Origin: a virus
Taxonomy: Duplodnaviria; Caudoviricetes
DNA: 64,000 nucleotides
Direction: 5' to 3' (one strand)
IMG/VR virus record: IMGVR_UViG_3300013105_000843
Location: 65,557 to 129,556 of that record
Below the pieces are notes generated by a model. That model saw only the letters and a list, made by a program, of their open reading frames with translations. It was not told the DNA's origin and searched no databases. A program made the position numbers and the translations under genes. The stretch's first letter is position 1; each line of letters starts with the position of its first letter. Of this stretch, positions 1-9,669 are shown one piece after another.

Positions 1-115
1 CAGCCGGGCGTGGTAGGCAATATCCAGGTTTTGCGACATGCATCATTCTCCTTATGATGCATTAAATATATCGAATAATGGCAATTTAAGCAAGCGAAGT
101 TGGCGGTTTCGCCGG

Positions 116-1594
116 TCAAGCGCGACCCGTCCCGTCCGCCGCGGGGGGCGCCAGCGGCGTGCCGAGCGTCACGGCCGCTTCCAGGTCGAAATCACCGCGG
201 CGAACGAGCTGCAAGCCGCCGCCGTGCCAGTATGCGAGGCGTCGGCAGACGTTGAGCTGCATGGCAGCGGGCCCACCTGGGAAAGTCAGGCCGCCGGCCG
301 GATAAGGCAGCAGTTCAAGCGCGGCCGTGCGGGTGGCGTAGACGTAGTAGACGGTACTGAGGCGCTCATTGCGCACGCCGACTTCGAGCGTGGTGCCCGC
401 CTGGGCAGCCACGTGTTCGCAAAACAGCTGGAGCAGCTTGCGCATCAGCGCTTGCAAGGCCTGCTCCGCGGCAGTCGTCAGGGGCGCCGGGCCCCGACGG
501 AACGCCACGTGAGGAAAGTCATGTGCCAGCCCTTCGACGAGACCGCTGAAAATATGGGAGGTGTTGACGAGCGACGGCGTGAAATCGAGTGCCGTCACCT
601 GGGCGAATTGGCGCAGGCTATCCAACGTGAACTGGAGCTGCGCATGCGCCTCCTCCACATCCTTACGGACATCAGGCGCCAGCCGCTTGTCCACCACCAG
701 GGCGTCGACGGTGTCGTAGGGTGCATACAGGGTTTCGGCGGCCTGGTGCACGAAGTCGTCGGTCGTCTCGGTCAGCACAATGCGCTGAGCTTCCAGTTCG
801 CTTTCGAGCCGGGCCAGCTGTTCGTGCAGGCGCAGGACTTCGTCGCGGTAGGTCTGGTCATCGGTGACGTCGCGGATGGTCGCACTGAAGTGGTCATCTC
901 CGAGATAGACGGCGCGCAATTCGAGTGATTTGCCAATGGTTGGAAACCAGCTCGTGTAGACGCAGGTTCTCGTTTGATGGAGCCGCGCGAGCTTGGAAAA
1001 GAATTCGGGATGATTGCGGTAGAGCGCCGGCCAGCGTTCTGAGGCTGGCGTTTCGCTCGGAGCAGGAAATTCGCCGAAAGCAATCTCGGTAGCAGTGTTC
1101 GCATCAAGCAGGACGAAATCCCGGCCTTCCGGCAGCATGGTCGTGAGCCGGCAATGGGCATGGCCGATGGGCAGATGCTCAAGCATCATCCTGAAGCGGT
1201 ACGGGCTCTGCCAGTAGAGCGGCGAGCGAAATGCCGTCCGTGACCGCACGACCGACTTGGGCAGGAATCCAGCGTAGTAGCCTTGTTCGTCGAACACCGG
1301 AATCCCGCTGGGCTCGATGCGTTCAAGCGCGCGCTGGAACGCCGTCGGTTTCGCCTGTTTCGCGAGCGCGGCGAGCCGACGTTCGGCCAGCCATGTCGGC
1401 ACGCGCAGGACCGTCCAGGCCACGAAGAGTGCCAGCACGCAGTCCAACACCCCGTGCAAGCCGACGTACAGCCAGAACGGTAAGTCCGAGACCAGGCGAG
1501 AGGCGGCTTCCAGCCCCACATATCCCGCGCAGATAGCTACAGCGACCGCGACTGTCGCACGACTCGGAGCAAGAGAGCGAAGTTTTGCCACCAA
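116..1594 (-). CDS. Membrane-anchored PAS/histidine-kinase-like protein with degenerate catalytic boxes
   Basis: Two N-terminal TM segments, PAS-like middle, coiled coil, HisKA-like FVHQAAETLYAP and HATPase-like VCRRLAYWHGG; His and N/G boxes not conserved. Confidence 0.6.
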   Translation of the reverse strand: MVAKLRSLAPSRATVAVAVAICAGYVGLEAASRLVSDLPFWLYVGLHGVLDCVLALFVAWTVLRVPTWLAERRLAALAKQAKPTAFQRALERIEPSGIPVFDEQGYYAGFLPKSVVRSRTAFRSPLYWQSPYRFRMMLEHLPIGHAHCRLTTMLPEGRDFVLLDANTATEIAFGEFPAPSETPASERWPALYRNHPEFFSKLARLHQTRTCVYTSWFPTIGKSLELRAVYLGDDHFSATIRDVTDDQTYRDEVLRLHEQLARLESELEAQRIVLTETTDDFVHQAAETLYAPYDTVDALVVDKRLAPDVRKDVEEAHAQLQFTLDSLRQFAQVTALDFTPSLVNTSHIFSGLVEGLAHDFPHVAFRRGPAPLTTAAEQALQALMRKLLQLFCEHVAAQAGTTLEVGVRNERLSTVYYVYATRTAALELLPYPAGGLTFPGGPAAMQLNVCRRLAYWHGGGLQLVRRGDFDLEAAVTLGTPLAPPAADGTGRA

Positions 1595-1700
1595 GCTAGA
1601 CCCAGAATAACAAGCGTCGTATTTTAGCGCTAGATAGTTGTAGATAATGAATAAATCGGCTCAATTGATTGTATTCCCTATCGAACTTGACACCCCAGAA

Positions 1701-2669
1701 TTAGAGCGATTCCACACGTGCAAGATGACGAGTCGTCGCCCGCAATTCCTCGTGGCCCAGGAATTCCTGCACCTCCTCGGTGGTATATCGACCACACGCC
1801 AACGCGTTTCTGGCGAATGTATTGCGCAGAATACCCGCGCCCTGTCGTGGTGCATTGATGCCAGCCGACTCAAACCACGCGGCAAGCCGACGAAACAGAC
1901 CTGATGGCGAATACGGCGTGCCGCCGAGCGTCGCCGGACACAGCCATACACCGGGAATTACGCGCCGCGCGCGCTCCTCGGTCCAAGTCCCGAGCCAACC
2001 ACGCCATGGCCCGTCGGGCATCACCAGCGTGGTATGTGGAGCATGCACTCCCTGCGGTTCGATTCGCACACGGAACGTATCGGACACCGCGTGCACCGGC
2101 AGCGCGACGAGTTCATTGGCGCGCAGACCCGCGCCGAGCAGCAGTGCGCACACCGCGCGGTCGCGAGCCCCCTTCCAGCCGGTCAGGTCAGTCAGCGCGG
2201 CCACGAGCATCGCCTGGTCCCCGGCATCCAGTCCGACCGGCAGCGGCACCTCCAGGGGACGCTCCTTCTTCAATTCCTCGCGCAACGGATTCGCCCGGTC
2301 CCAGCCGACCTGCCGCAGCTGCCGATAAACCTTGTCGAGCAGCTGAAGGTACCGGCGGCGCGAGACAGGCTCCAGCGCGTGCAGGGAAAAGAAATCATTC
2401 GCATCCTGCTGAGTCGCCTCGAGCAACGACAGCGAATGATTCTCCAGATGCCGCATCCACGCGGCAAACATTGCCGCATATGTCTCGCACGAGGTCTCAC
2501 GAAACTGGCGGGACCCCACGCGCTGGCCCGCAAGCCAGGACAGGAAGGTCTCTGCAGGCGAGCGCTCCCATGCGTGCAAACTTTGCGCCGGCCAGAAATC
2601 TGGCGTCGGCGCCACGGTCGCCACTGCCGCACGCGTGGCGGGCAGGTCGTGCGCGGAAGGACGCGGCAT
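1701..2669 (-). CDS. XerC/D-like tyrosine recombinase family protein (degenerate active site)
   Basis: RDRA..LLLGAGLRANEL, LRNTFA, VQEFLGH motifs; ATG 2669 with GGAG RBS. Confidence 0.8.
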   Translation of the reverse strand: MPRPSAHDLPATRAAVATVAPTPDFWPAQSLHAWERSPAETFLSWLAGQRVGSRQFRETSCETYAAMFAAWMRHLENHSLSLLEATQQDANDFFSLHALEPVSRRRYLQLLDKVYRQLRQVGWDRANPLREELKKERPLEVPLPVGLDAGDQAMLVAALTDLTGWKGARDRAVCALLLGAGLRANELVALPVHAVSDTFRVRIEPQGVHAPHTTLVMPDGPWRGWLGTWTEERARRVIPGVWLCPATLGGTPYSPSGLFRRLAAWFESAGINAPRQGAGILRNTFARNALACGRYTTEEVQEFLGHEELRATTRHLARVESL

Positions 2670-2820
2670 CAGGCTGCTCCAAAAACAGGCCAGACCGTAG
2701 TGTACTTTCACCGGTACCGAGGTCAAGCCGTGCTGGTATACGCGAAGCCTCGAAACTTGACAGAAGCGTTTTTTATAATGATACTAATATGGCCATGACG
2801 CCCTCACACACGTACCAGCC

Positions 2821-3576
2821 ATGAACGATTGCATCTATCGCGACTTCGATATCGCGCTCAGCCCGGTGGACCACAACGAGTCTGCCACGCCGGCCCTGCC
2901 CTGTCTGCACGTGACCCTGACGCACCGGCCTTCCGGTGAATCCCAGAGCTTCGAACTGCGCGGCGTGCTGGGTGGGATGGACCAGCTGCTTGAAACGCAT
3001 GTCCGCCTGCGCTTTCCCGGCTCCGGTGCCGCGCTGCAGCTCGAGCGCCAGGCAGGCGAAGTCCTGCACCGGCTGAACCGGAACTGGCGCCAGGGGCTGG
3101 CGCGCAAGGTCGGCCTGGCGCTGATGAGCCTGTGTGACGGCCCCGGCGCGGCCTTCTGGTGGCACCAGCTCCAGTCGATGCCGCGCATTGTGCAGTACAT
3201 GATGTTCAAACGCACGGAAGAGCTGTTCGAGCCGCTCGCCGGCGTGCACCCGCTGAAAGACTTTTCGAGCGCGCTGCGCGGCGCGTGGACGGAAGTGTTG
3301 AATGACGCGAGCGGGCTCGACGGCTGGCGCGATGTGCAGCTGACCGCTCTCTCGCGCAAGGGCTGGCCCATCGCCGACCTCGACAGCCGGACCCACGCGC
3401 AGCTGGCGGCCATCAGTGAGCGGGCGCGCCTGGCCAGCATGGCGCTCGGCTATCTGAGCGACCACGACTGGCAGCAGATGCTCGGCTTTGTGCTGGAATC
3501 GCGCCGCCGGCCCGACGGGTCGAGCGCGGACACCGGTCGCAGCCGCACAGAAAACCGCGTCCCGGATGGAGCCTGA
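2821..3576 (+). CDS. Hypothetical protein
   Basis: 251-aa ORF, first of a co-oriented three-gene run. Confidence 0.6.
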   Translation: MNDCIYRDFDIALSPVDHNESATPALPCLHVTLTHRPSGESQSFELRGVLGGMDQLLETHVRLRFPGSGAALQLERQAGEVLHRLNRNWRQGLARKVGLALMSLCDGPGAAFWWHQLQSMPRIVQYMMFKRTEELFEPLAGVHPLKDFSSALRGAWTEVLNDASGLDGWRDVQLTALSRKGWPIADLDSRTHAQLAAISERARLASMALGYLSDHDWQQMLGFVLESRRRPDGSSADTGRSRTENRVPDGA

Positions 3577-3579
3577 CCC

Positions 3580-4077
3580 ATGCTCGAGTTGAAAGGGATA
3601 ACGATGGCTGACAACCCGCATGGCGGCGGCGTCGTGACGCTGAAGTATGAGGTCGTCCACAATGTCTCCTCGCTGCGCACCAGGCTCACGCTGCCGCTCT
3701 CCCTCCAGCTGAACCTCGACACGAACAAAGTGAAGGCAGCACTGGACGTGTCCAGCGTTGAGGCGGACAGCGTCGACGAAGCGCTCGACCGGCTCGCGAA
3801 CTGGTGCGACCGCAGCGCGGAAGCCCTCCGCGAGCGCGCGCGCAAGCCGGGTATCGACCTTCCGGTCTTCACCCGCCTGTCCTTTGATTACGAGAAGCTG
3901 ACCACCTGGCAGAAGCAGCTGTACGACCAGGTCGTCGCCGACCTGGGGGCCCTGCCAGAAGACGAGGAAGGCGAATACATCAAGCGGATGCACGCAGAGC
4001 ATCACCCGATTGTGTTCCTGCGCGATGCGCTCGAGTGCGCGCGCGCTGCGGTGGCCAATGCCCGGGAGGCCGGCTGA
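3580..4077 (+). CDS. Hypothetical protein
   Basis: 165-aa ORF; stop overlaps the next start (TGATG). Confidence 0.6.
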   Translation: MLELKGITMADNPHGGGVVTLKYEVVHNVSSLRTRLTLPLSLQLNLDTNKVKAALDVSSVEADSVDEALDRLANWCDRSAEALRERARKPGIDLPVFTRLSFDYEKLTTWQKQLYDQVVADLGALPEDEEGEYIKRMHAEHHPIVFLRDALECARAAVANAREAG

Positions 4078-4886
4078 TGTCTACCAGCTACCCGCGGGTG
4101 TTGCACATTGGTCGCGGTCGCGGCCGGGACTTCGTCATGGGTGACGTTCACGGCGCGTTCGACCTGGTCGACATCGCGCTGCGCCGGGTCGACTTCGACC
4201 CGGCAGTCGACCGCCTGTTCTCGGTGGGAGACCTGGTGGACCGGGGCCCCTGGTCGGCCCGTGCACGCGAGTATCTTGAAAAGGACTGGGCTTTCGCGGT
4301 GCGCGGCAATCATGAAGATGCCGTGCTCGAGTGCCATGCCGGCGGCATCTGCAACGAGCGCCTACTCAACTGGCACATCGAGCACAACGGGCTGGGTTGG
4401 TGGCTCACCACGCCACAGGACCAACGCGAACAGCTGCTTGCTGCCTTCGCCCGACTGCCCCTTGCGATGGAAATCGAGACCGCCAGTGGGCGTGTCGGTC
4501 TCGTGCACGCCGATGTCCCGCACGGTATGTCGTGGCAACGCTTCATCGCCCTGCTCGAGGCAGGGAACACGGGCGCGCGGAACTGTGCGTTGCTCAGCCG
4601 GGAGCGCGCCACTCAGCAGGACGCCAGCGGTGTGGCCGGCGTCGGCCGGGTGTACGTGGGGCATACGCCGCTACTGGGCGGCGTGCGCTGCCTCGGCAAC
4701 GTCTGGATGATTGACACGGCCGCGGTATTCGCCCGTCTCGGCCGTACCGACCGCGGTGAGCTGTCGGTCCTCGAGCTGGACCTGCCGCAACGCGACCTGC
4801 GGCACCCGGAGCGAGCCTCAATGGTCGCCACTTATCGCGCGCAACCCCATGGTCTGAAAAATTGGCTACGCCGGTGGGGTTCGTAG
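4077..4886 (+). CDS. PPP-family Ser/Thr phosphatase-like metallophosphoesterase (lambda NinI/PrpA-like)
   Basis: GDVHG, GDLVDRG, RGNHE, VHA, VGHTP and IDT motifs. Confidence 0.9.
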   Translation: MSTSYPRVLHIGRGRGRDFVMGDVHGAFDLVDIALRRVDFDPAVDRLFSVGDLVDRGPWSARAREYLEKDWAFAVRGNHEDAVLECHAGGICNERLLNWHIEHNGLGWWLTTPQDQREQLLAAFARLPLAMEIETASGRVGLVHADVPHGMSWQRFIALLEAGNTGARNCALLSRERATQQDASGVAGVGRVYVGHTPLLGGVRCLGNVWMIDTAAVFARLGRTDRGELSVLELDLPQRDLRHPERASMVATYRAQPHGLKNWLRRWGS

Positions 4887-4952
4887 GGTGCGTGCGATAC
4901 TGCACCCCTCTCAGGTTCTGGCTTCAAGCCCTCGGAAGGGCCAGAACTCTTC

Positions 4953-4981
4953 AGACCGGCATTCCCTGCCGGTCTTTTTTT
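4953..4981 (+). terminator. Rho-independent terminator
   Basis: AGACCGGCA-TTCCC-TGCCGGTCT followed by a T run. Confidence 0.75.
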
Positions 4982-4987
4982 GCCCGG

Positions 4988-5689
4988 CTACCCGCCCAGT
5001 ATTTTGACAAGCAGCGCCGCGATACCGCCCATCGCGAGCGCCGGCCCAAACGCCAACGGCTCGCAGGTGTCGCGACCGCGAAGGCGAAGCGTCACGATGA
5101 CCGCCATCTGCAGCGAGCAGCCCACTGCCAGCACAACCGGTAGCGCGAACACGCCTAGCCACGCGCCGAGCGCGGCCAGCAATTTGAAGTCGCCGTAACC
5201 GAGCCCTTCCAGCCCCGTGGCCAGCCGCCAGCCCCAGTACAGGCTCCACAGCACGAGGTAGCCCACGACCGCGCCTTCCACCGCTTCCGGCAAGGGCGCG
5301 AGCACCCCGCACAGATTCACCAGCAGACCCGCCCAGATGAGCGGCAGGGTCAGGTCGTCCGGCAGCAGCCGCAAATTCAGGTCGGTCAGGGCGAGCCCCG
5401 CCAGCACGAGCACCAGGCCGCACGCGGCGAACCCCGCAGCCGTCGTGCCCATCAGCACGGGCATCGAGAGCGCAAGCACTGCGCCGGGCACCAGCACCCG
5501 GGGCCAGCGTCGGAACGCGCCGCGCGCGCAATCCCCGCACCAGCACACCCATGGCGGGTGGCCGGAATCCAGGCCGGCGCCGCACAGCGAGCAGACTTCT
5601 CCCTCCGGCGCGGGCGCGGCCCGGGCGGCCGCTGGATGGTCGGGCTCGGGCAGAGTATTCAGGTCGGTCATCAGCGCAACGGTTGGCAT
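4988..5689 (-). CDS. pilD: Prepilin peptidase (A24, PilD-like) with shortened N-terminal domain
   Basis: CxxC...CxxC, TDLNLRLLPD, GLGYGDFKLLAALGAWLG and FGP motifs; multiple TM helices. Confidence 0.9.
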   Translation of the reverse strand: MPTVALMTDLNTLPEPDHPAAARAAPAPEGEVCSLCGAGLDSGHPPWVCWCGDCARGAFRRWPRVLVPGAVLALSMPVLMGTTAAGFAACGLVLVLAGLALTDLNLRLLPDDLTLPLIWAGLLVNLCGVLAPLPEAVEGAVVGYLVLWSLYWGWRLATGLEGLGYGDFKLLAALGAWLGVFALPVVLAVGCSLQMAVIVTLRLRGRDTCEPLAFGPALAMGGIAALLVKILGG

Positions 5690-5857
5690 ATTACGTATTT
5701 ACGAGTATATTACGCATCCGGCCGACCACCGGCAAGTCCTGTCCGCCAATCCTGCCGCGTCAACCAGCCCGATATCGCAAAACAGCCGAATTGCCCCGCG
5801 CATCGACCTATACGGTCTTGCAGCAATTTTGCTGTTTCTAACAAGAGGAAACAAAAC

Positions 5858-8089
5858 ATGAAGAACGCACTCTACAACCACACCCTCGGCAAGGACATGC
5901 TGTCCGAGTCCAAGTTCTACATGGGGTACTCCCGGTGGAACGGCGCCAAGGCGGGTTACGAGACCTGGGAAGAATCGGTCGAGCGCGTGATGCAGATGCA
6001 TCGCGAGAAGTATTCCGAACGGCTGTCCCCGGAGCTGGAAGCCTACCTGGCGAAGGCGGAGCTGGCTTACAAGAGCCAGTGGGTGCTGGGCGCACAGCGT
6101 GCCCTGCAGTTCGGCGGCGAGCAACTGCGCAAGCACGAGGCCCGCATGTACAACTGCTCGGTGTCGCATTGCGACCGGCCGGCCTTCTTCCCGGAAGCGA
6201 TGTATCTGCTCCTGTGCGGCTGTGGCGTGGGCTTCTCGGTGCAGAAGCATCATGTCGCGATGCTGCCGACGCTGAAGAAGCGTTCGGCCAAGCGCGTCAA
6301 GCTGTTCCAGGTGCCGGACAGCATCGAGGGTTGGGCGGACGCTTTCGGCGTGCTGCTCAGCTCGTACTTCGGTGAGGGGCCCTTCCCGCAGTACAAGGGC
6401 TGTCATGTCCACTTCGATTTCAGCCTCATCCGTCCGAAGGGCGCGATGATTTCGGGTGGTTTCAAGGCTCCGGGACCGGACGGTCTGCGCAACGCGCTCA
6501 ACAAGTGCGAAGCCCTGCTCGAGCGCACGCTCGGTGAGGCTAACGAGGTCGCGATGCCGCCCATCGTGGCGTACGACTTCGTGATGCACATGAGCGATGC
6601 CGTGCTGGCTGGCGGTGTGCGCCGTTCGGCGACCATCTGCCTGTTCGACAAGGACGACGAGGAGATGCTGAGCGCGAAGACGGGGGACTGGTACGTCAAG
6701 AACCCGCAGCGTGGCCGCAGCAACAACTCGGTGGTGCTGATGCGTGACGAGTTGACCCGCGAGGAATGGGCGCAAATCATGAGGTCGGTTCGCGACTTCG
6801 GTGAGCCCGGCTTCATCTTCACGGAGAACAAGGAGTTCGCGTACAACCCGTGCGTGGAAATCGGCATGTTGCCGAAGACGGAAGACGGCGAGTCCGGCTT
6901 CCAGTTCTGCAACCTGACCGAAATCAACGGCGGCAAGTGCACGGACGAAGAGCGCTTCTACAAGGCATGCGAGGCCGGCGCCATCCTGGGCACGCTCCAG
7001 GCAGGTTACACCGACTTCAAGTACCTGACGGAAGCCACGCGTCGCATCACGGAGCGCGAAGCCCTGATTGGTGTGTCCATCACCGGCTGGATGAACAATC
7101 CGGACGTGCTGTTCGATGAAGCCATCCTGAAGAAGGGGGCGGAAATCGTGAAGGCAACCAACAAGGCAGTGGCCAAGCTGCTGGACATCAACCCTGCCGC
7201 GCGCACCACCTGCGCGAAGCCTTCGGGCAACGCGTCGGTGCTGCTGGGCACCGCTTCGGGCATCCACGGGGAACACGCGCCGATGTACTTCCGCAACGTG
7301 CAGATGAACGAGGACGACGAAGTCGCCAAGCTCATCATGGCCATCAATCCCAAGATGGTCGAACGCTCGGTGTGGAACAGCAATGGCACGGACGTCGTGG
7401 TCAGCTTCCCGGTCGTCACGAAGGAAGGTTCCATTTTCAAGCGTGACCTGATGGGCGTGAAGCAGCTGGAGTTCGTCAAGAAGGCCCAGCAGCACTGGGT
7501 CGAGAATGGCACCGATGTCGAGCTGTGCGTGGACAAGCATCTTCGCCACAACATCTCGAACACCATCTCGGTCGACGACTGGGAGGCGGTGGAGCAGTAC
7601 ATTTTCGATAATCGCCAGTGGTTCGCAGGCATCTCGCTGCTCTCGGCGTCGGGGGACAAGGGCTATGCCCAGGCTCCCTTCACCGAAGTGCATACGCCGG
7701 ACGAAATCCTGCGTACGTACGGCGAGGCCAGCATGTTCGCCTCGGGTCTGATTGTCGAAGGGCTGCACGCCTTCGATAACAACCTGTGGATGGCCTGCGA
7801 TACGGCGATGGGCAACGGGCTGAAGCTCACGAACGAGGCAACCGACCTGCTCAAGCGCGACTGGGTGCGTCGCTTCAACAAGTTCGCGGACAACTTCTTC
7901 AACGGTGACCAGCAGAAGACGGCGTTCTGTCTCAAGGACTGCCAGAATCTGCACAAGTGGGTGGCCATCATGAAGAGCATCAAGGAAATCGATTTTGCCT
8001 CGGTGCTGTCCGAACAGACGTTCGTGGACGCGAATACGTTGGCCTCCCAGGCCTGCGCCGGCGGAACCTGCGAAATCAGCTTCGGCTGA
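5858..8089 (+). CDS. nrdJ: Class II (adenosylcobalamin-dependent, RTPR-like) ribonucleotide reductase
   Basis: YNCS, GGVRRSA, NPCVEI, CNLTEIN, KPSGNAS and C-terminal CAGGTC; no NrdB in the window; RBS AGAGG before ATG 5858. Confidence 0.85.
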   Translation: MKNALYNHTLGKDMLSESKFYMGYSRWNGAKAGYETWEESVERVMQMHREKYSERLSPELEAYLAKAELAYKSQWVLGAQRALQFGGEQLRKHEARMYNCSVSHCDRPAFFPEAMYLLLCGCGVGFSVQKHHVAMLPTLKKRSAKRVKLFQVPDSIEGWADAFGVLLSSYFGEGPFPQYKGCHVHFDFSLIRPKGAMISGGFKAPGPDGLRNALNKCEALLERTLGEANEVAMPPIVAYDFVMHMSDAVLAGGVRRSATICLFDKDDEEMLSAKTGDWYVKNPQRGRSNNSVVLMRDELTREEWAQIMRSVRDFGEPGFIFTENKEFAYNPCVEIGMLPKTEDGESGFQFCNLTEINGGKCTDEERFYKACEAGAILGTLQAGYTDFKYLTEATRRITEREALIGVSITGWMNNPDVLFDEAILKKGAEIVKATNKAVAKLLDINPAARTTCAKPSGNASVLLGTASGIHGEHAPMYFRNVQMNEDDEVAKLIMAINPKMVERSVWNSNGTDVVVSFPVVTKEGSIFKRDLMGVKQLEFVKKAQQHWVENGTDVELCVDKHLRHNISNTISVDDWEAVEQYIFDNRQWFAGISLLSASGDKGYAQAPFTEVHTPDEILRTYGEASMFASGLIVEGLHAFDNNLWMACDTAMGNGLKLTNEATDLLKRDWVRRFNKFADNFFNGDQQKTAFCLKDCQNLHKWVAIMKSIKEIDFASVLSEQTFVDANTLASQACAGGTCEISFG

Positions 8090-8115
8090 TAACGCAACCT
8101 GCCAAGCCGTGACTC

Positions 8116-8145
8116 AAAAGCCACCTGGTTCTCCAGGTGGCTTTT
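8116..8145. terminator. Bidirectional terminator
   Basis: AAAAGCCACCTGG-TTCT-CCAGGTGGCTTTT between convergent genes. Confidence 0.85.
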
Positions 8146-8222
8146 CTTATGCCGGCGCCACTCTCAAGCCACCAATGGGAAAGGCGCACCTTCGTGCGCC
8201 CTGAGCGAGGCAGTTCTTGATG

Positions 8223-9368
8223 TCAGATAGCGTCGGCCGCGCGCTGCCAGTCCGGGCCCAGCATCATCCCGTGGCCGCTATTCGGCAGCTCGAGCAGCTC
8301 TGCGCCGTAGGCCGCTGCCGTGCGCCGGACGAGGTCGAGCGGGATGACCTTGTCGCGCGCGCCGCCCAGCACGGTGACAGGCACCCGGATGTCTGCCGGC
8401 CGCACCGCGGGTGATACGGCCAACGCCTGCGCCAGCACCTCCTTGGACCTGTAGCTGAAGAGATTGTCCTGCGCCTGCTTCAGTTCCTCGCTGCTCAGCT
8501 TGTTATGTGGCACCGCGCCCATCAGCACCGCCTTGCGTGCGTCATTGCGGCTGAGCCAGTGCTGCACGACAAAGCCGCCCATCGAATGCCCGACGATGAT
8601 AGGCACCGCCTCGAGCGACCGGGTCACCTCCTCCACATCGTTGACGTAGGTGAGCACCGACTCGACGGCCGACAAGCGCCGGCTGCGCCCGTGGTTCGTG
8701 AGCGAGACCGCGTGCACGTCGTAGCCCTTCGCGGCCAGGTACGGCACGAACTTGATGCGCCATTGCCAGCAGCAGCCACCCGCGCCGTGCACCAGCACGA
8801 CCGGCGTGGCGCCGGCGTGCCCGGCCCGTTTTTCCAGCACCTCCAGCCCCGAATCGAGGTGATACACCCGGACCTGACTGGAGGCCTGCCGCTCAACCAC
8901 CTGGATGCTGGCCGTGCATTCGTCGTCATCGGCGGCGAGGGTGGCACCGGCGCGCGATACCAGCGACGCCATGCGGAAGTTTCGCCGCATGAACATCACG
9001 TAGACGGTCGAAATGCCGCGCTTGCGCGACTCCTCGAGGCTCGCAGCCAGCATGCGGCTCGACAGGCCGCGGCCGCGCACGCGCCGGTCGACGCTCACGC
9101 CCAGTTCCGCGACGGGATGGCCACGCTCGTCGAAGACCGCGAGGTGGCAGAGGCCGGCCAGGCCGAACGCGCCCCACACGCCCAGCACGACGTCACGGTT
9201 GAAGTCGATATGCGCCACATACTCGCGCAGCGCGATATCGCGAATCACGCGGGAAAACCGCAGGCAACGGTCCTCGTCGTTGAGCGCCAGCAGATGCTGG
9301 AGGATGGCTTGCGAATCCAGCTCGGTCAGCCGGACGGGACCACCTAAATCATGAATGAAATCTCCCAT
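8223..9368 (-). CDS. GNAT acetyltransferase / alpha-beta hydrolase fusion
   Basis: N-terminal AELGVSV..RGRGLSSRML (GNAT motif A); C-terminal VHG, GHSMGG, D (RDKVI), H (SGHG). Confidence 0.85.
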   Translation of the reverse strand: MGDFIHDLGGPVRLTELDSQAILQHLLALNDEDRCLRFSRVIRDIALREYVAHIDFNRDVVLGVWGAFGLAGLCHLAVFDERGHPVAELGVSVDRRVRGRGLSSRMLAASLEESRKRGISTVYVMFMRRNFRMASLVSRAGATLAADDDECTASIQVVERQASSQVRVYHLDSGLEVLEKRAGHAGATPVVLVHGAGGCCWQWRIKFVPYLAAKGYDVHAVSLTNHGRSRRLSAVESVLTYVNDVEEVTRSLEAVPIIVGHSMGGFVVQHWLSRNDARKAVLMGAVPHNKLSSEELKQAQDNLFSYRSKEVLAQALAVSPAVRPADIRVPVTVLGGARDKVIPLDLVRRTAAAYGAELLELPNSGHGMMLGPDWQRAADAI

Positions 9369-9456
9369 GGGACGATACCTATATGCAGTCAAACTAGCTC
9401 CCGTATAGGCTGTTTCTGGTGGATGACCTCCTGACTTTGCGGCTCGACGACGACCG

Positions 9457-9669
9457 TCACGCAAGCCGATAGGTGCGCAGCTCGCTCACGAGCCATTGGC
9501 CGGACAGTTCGTCGAGCCGGGCGCGTAGCTCGCCGGCCGTGCCGGTGAACTCGGCCAGCATGAGCCGCTCGCGCGTCTCGACGAGATGAATTCCCGCGAT
9601 TGCCCGTATCGGAGCTTGGTCTTCGATGGGGGCAGGCACCGAGTCCTTGCGCATAATCACGTACCGCAT
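9457..9669 (-). CDS. Small hypothetical protein
   Basis: 70-aa ORF with AAGGAG RBS. Confidence 0.6.
   Translation of the reverse strand: MRYVIMRKDSVPAPIEDQAPIRAIAGIHLVETRERLMLAEFTGTAGELRARLDELSGQWLVSELRTYRLA

Noticed and set aside
1-39. Start of a minus-strand gene (MSQNLDIAYHARL) with an AAGGAG RBS
   Set aside because: Probably real, but only 13 codons lie in the window, so it cannot be identified.
1600-1700. dif/att site next to the recombinase
   Set aside because: AT-rich, but no match to the XerC/XerD dif arms and no second copy seen.
5699-7954. 751-aa ORF antisense to nrdJ, and similar long shadow ORFs (2773-4005, 23714-24979, 44590-46251, 55230-56702)
   Set aside because: Typical antisense open frames of high-GC coding DNA; no motifs, and the opposite strand holds recognisable genes.
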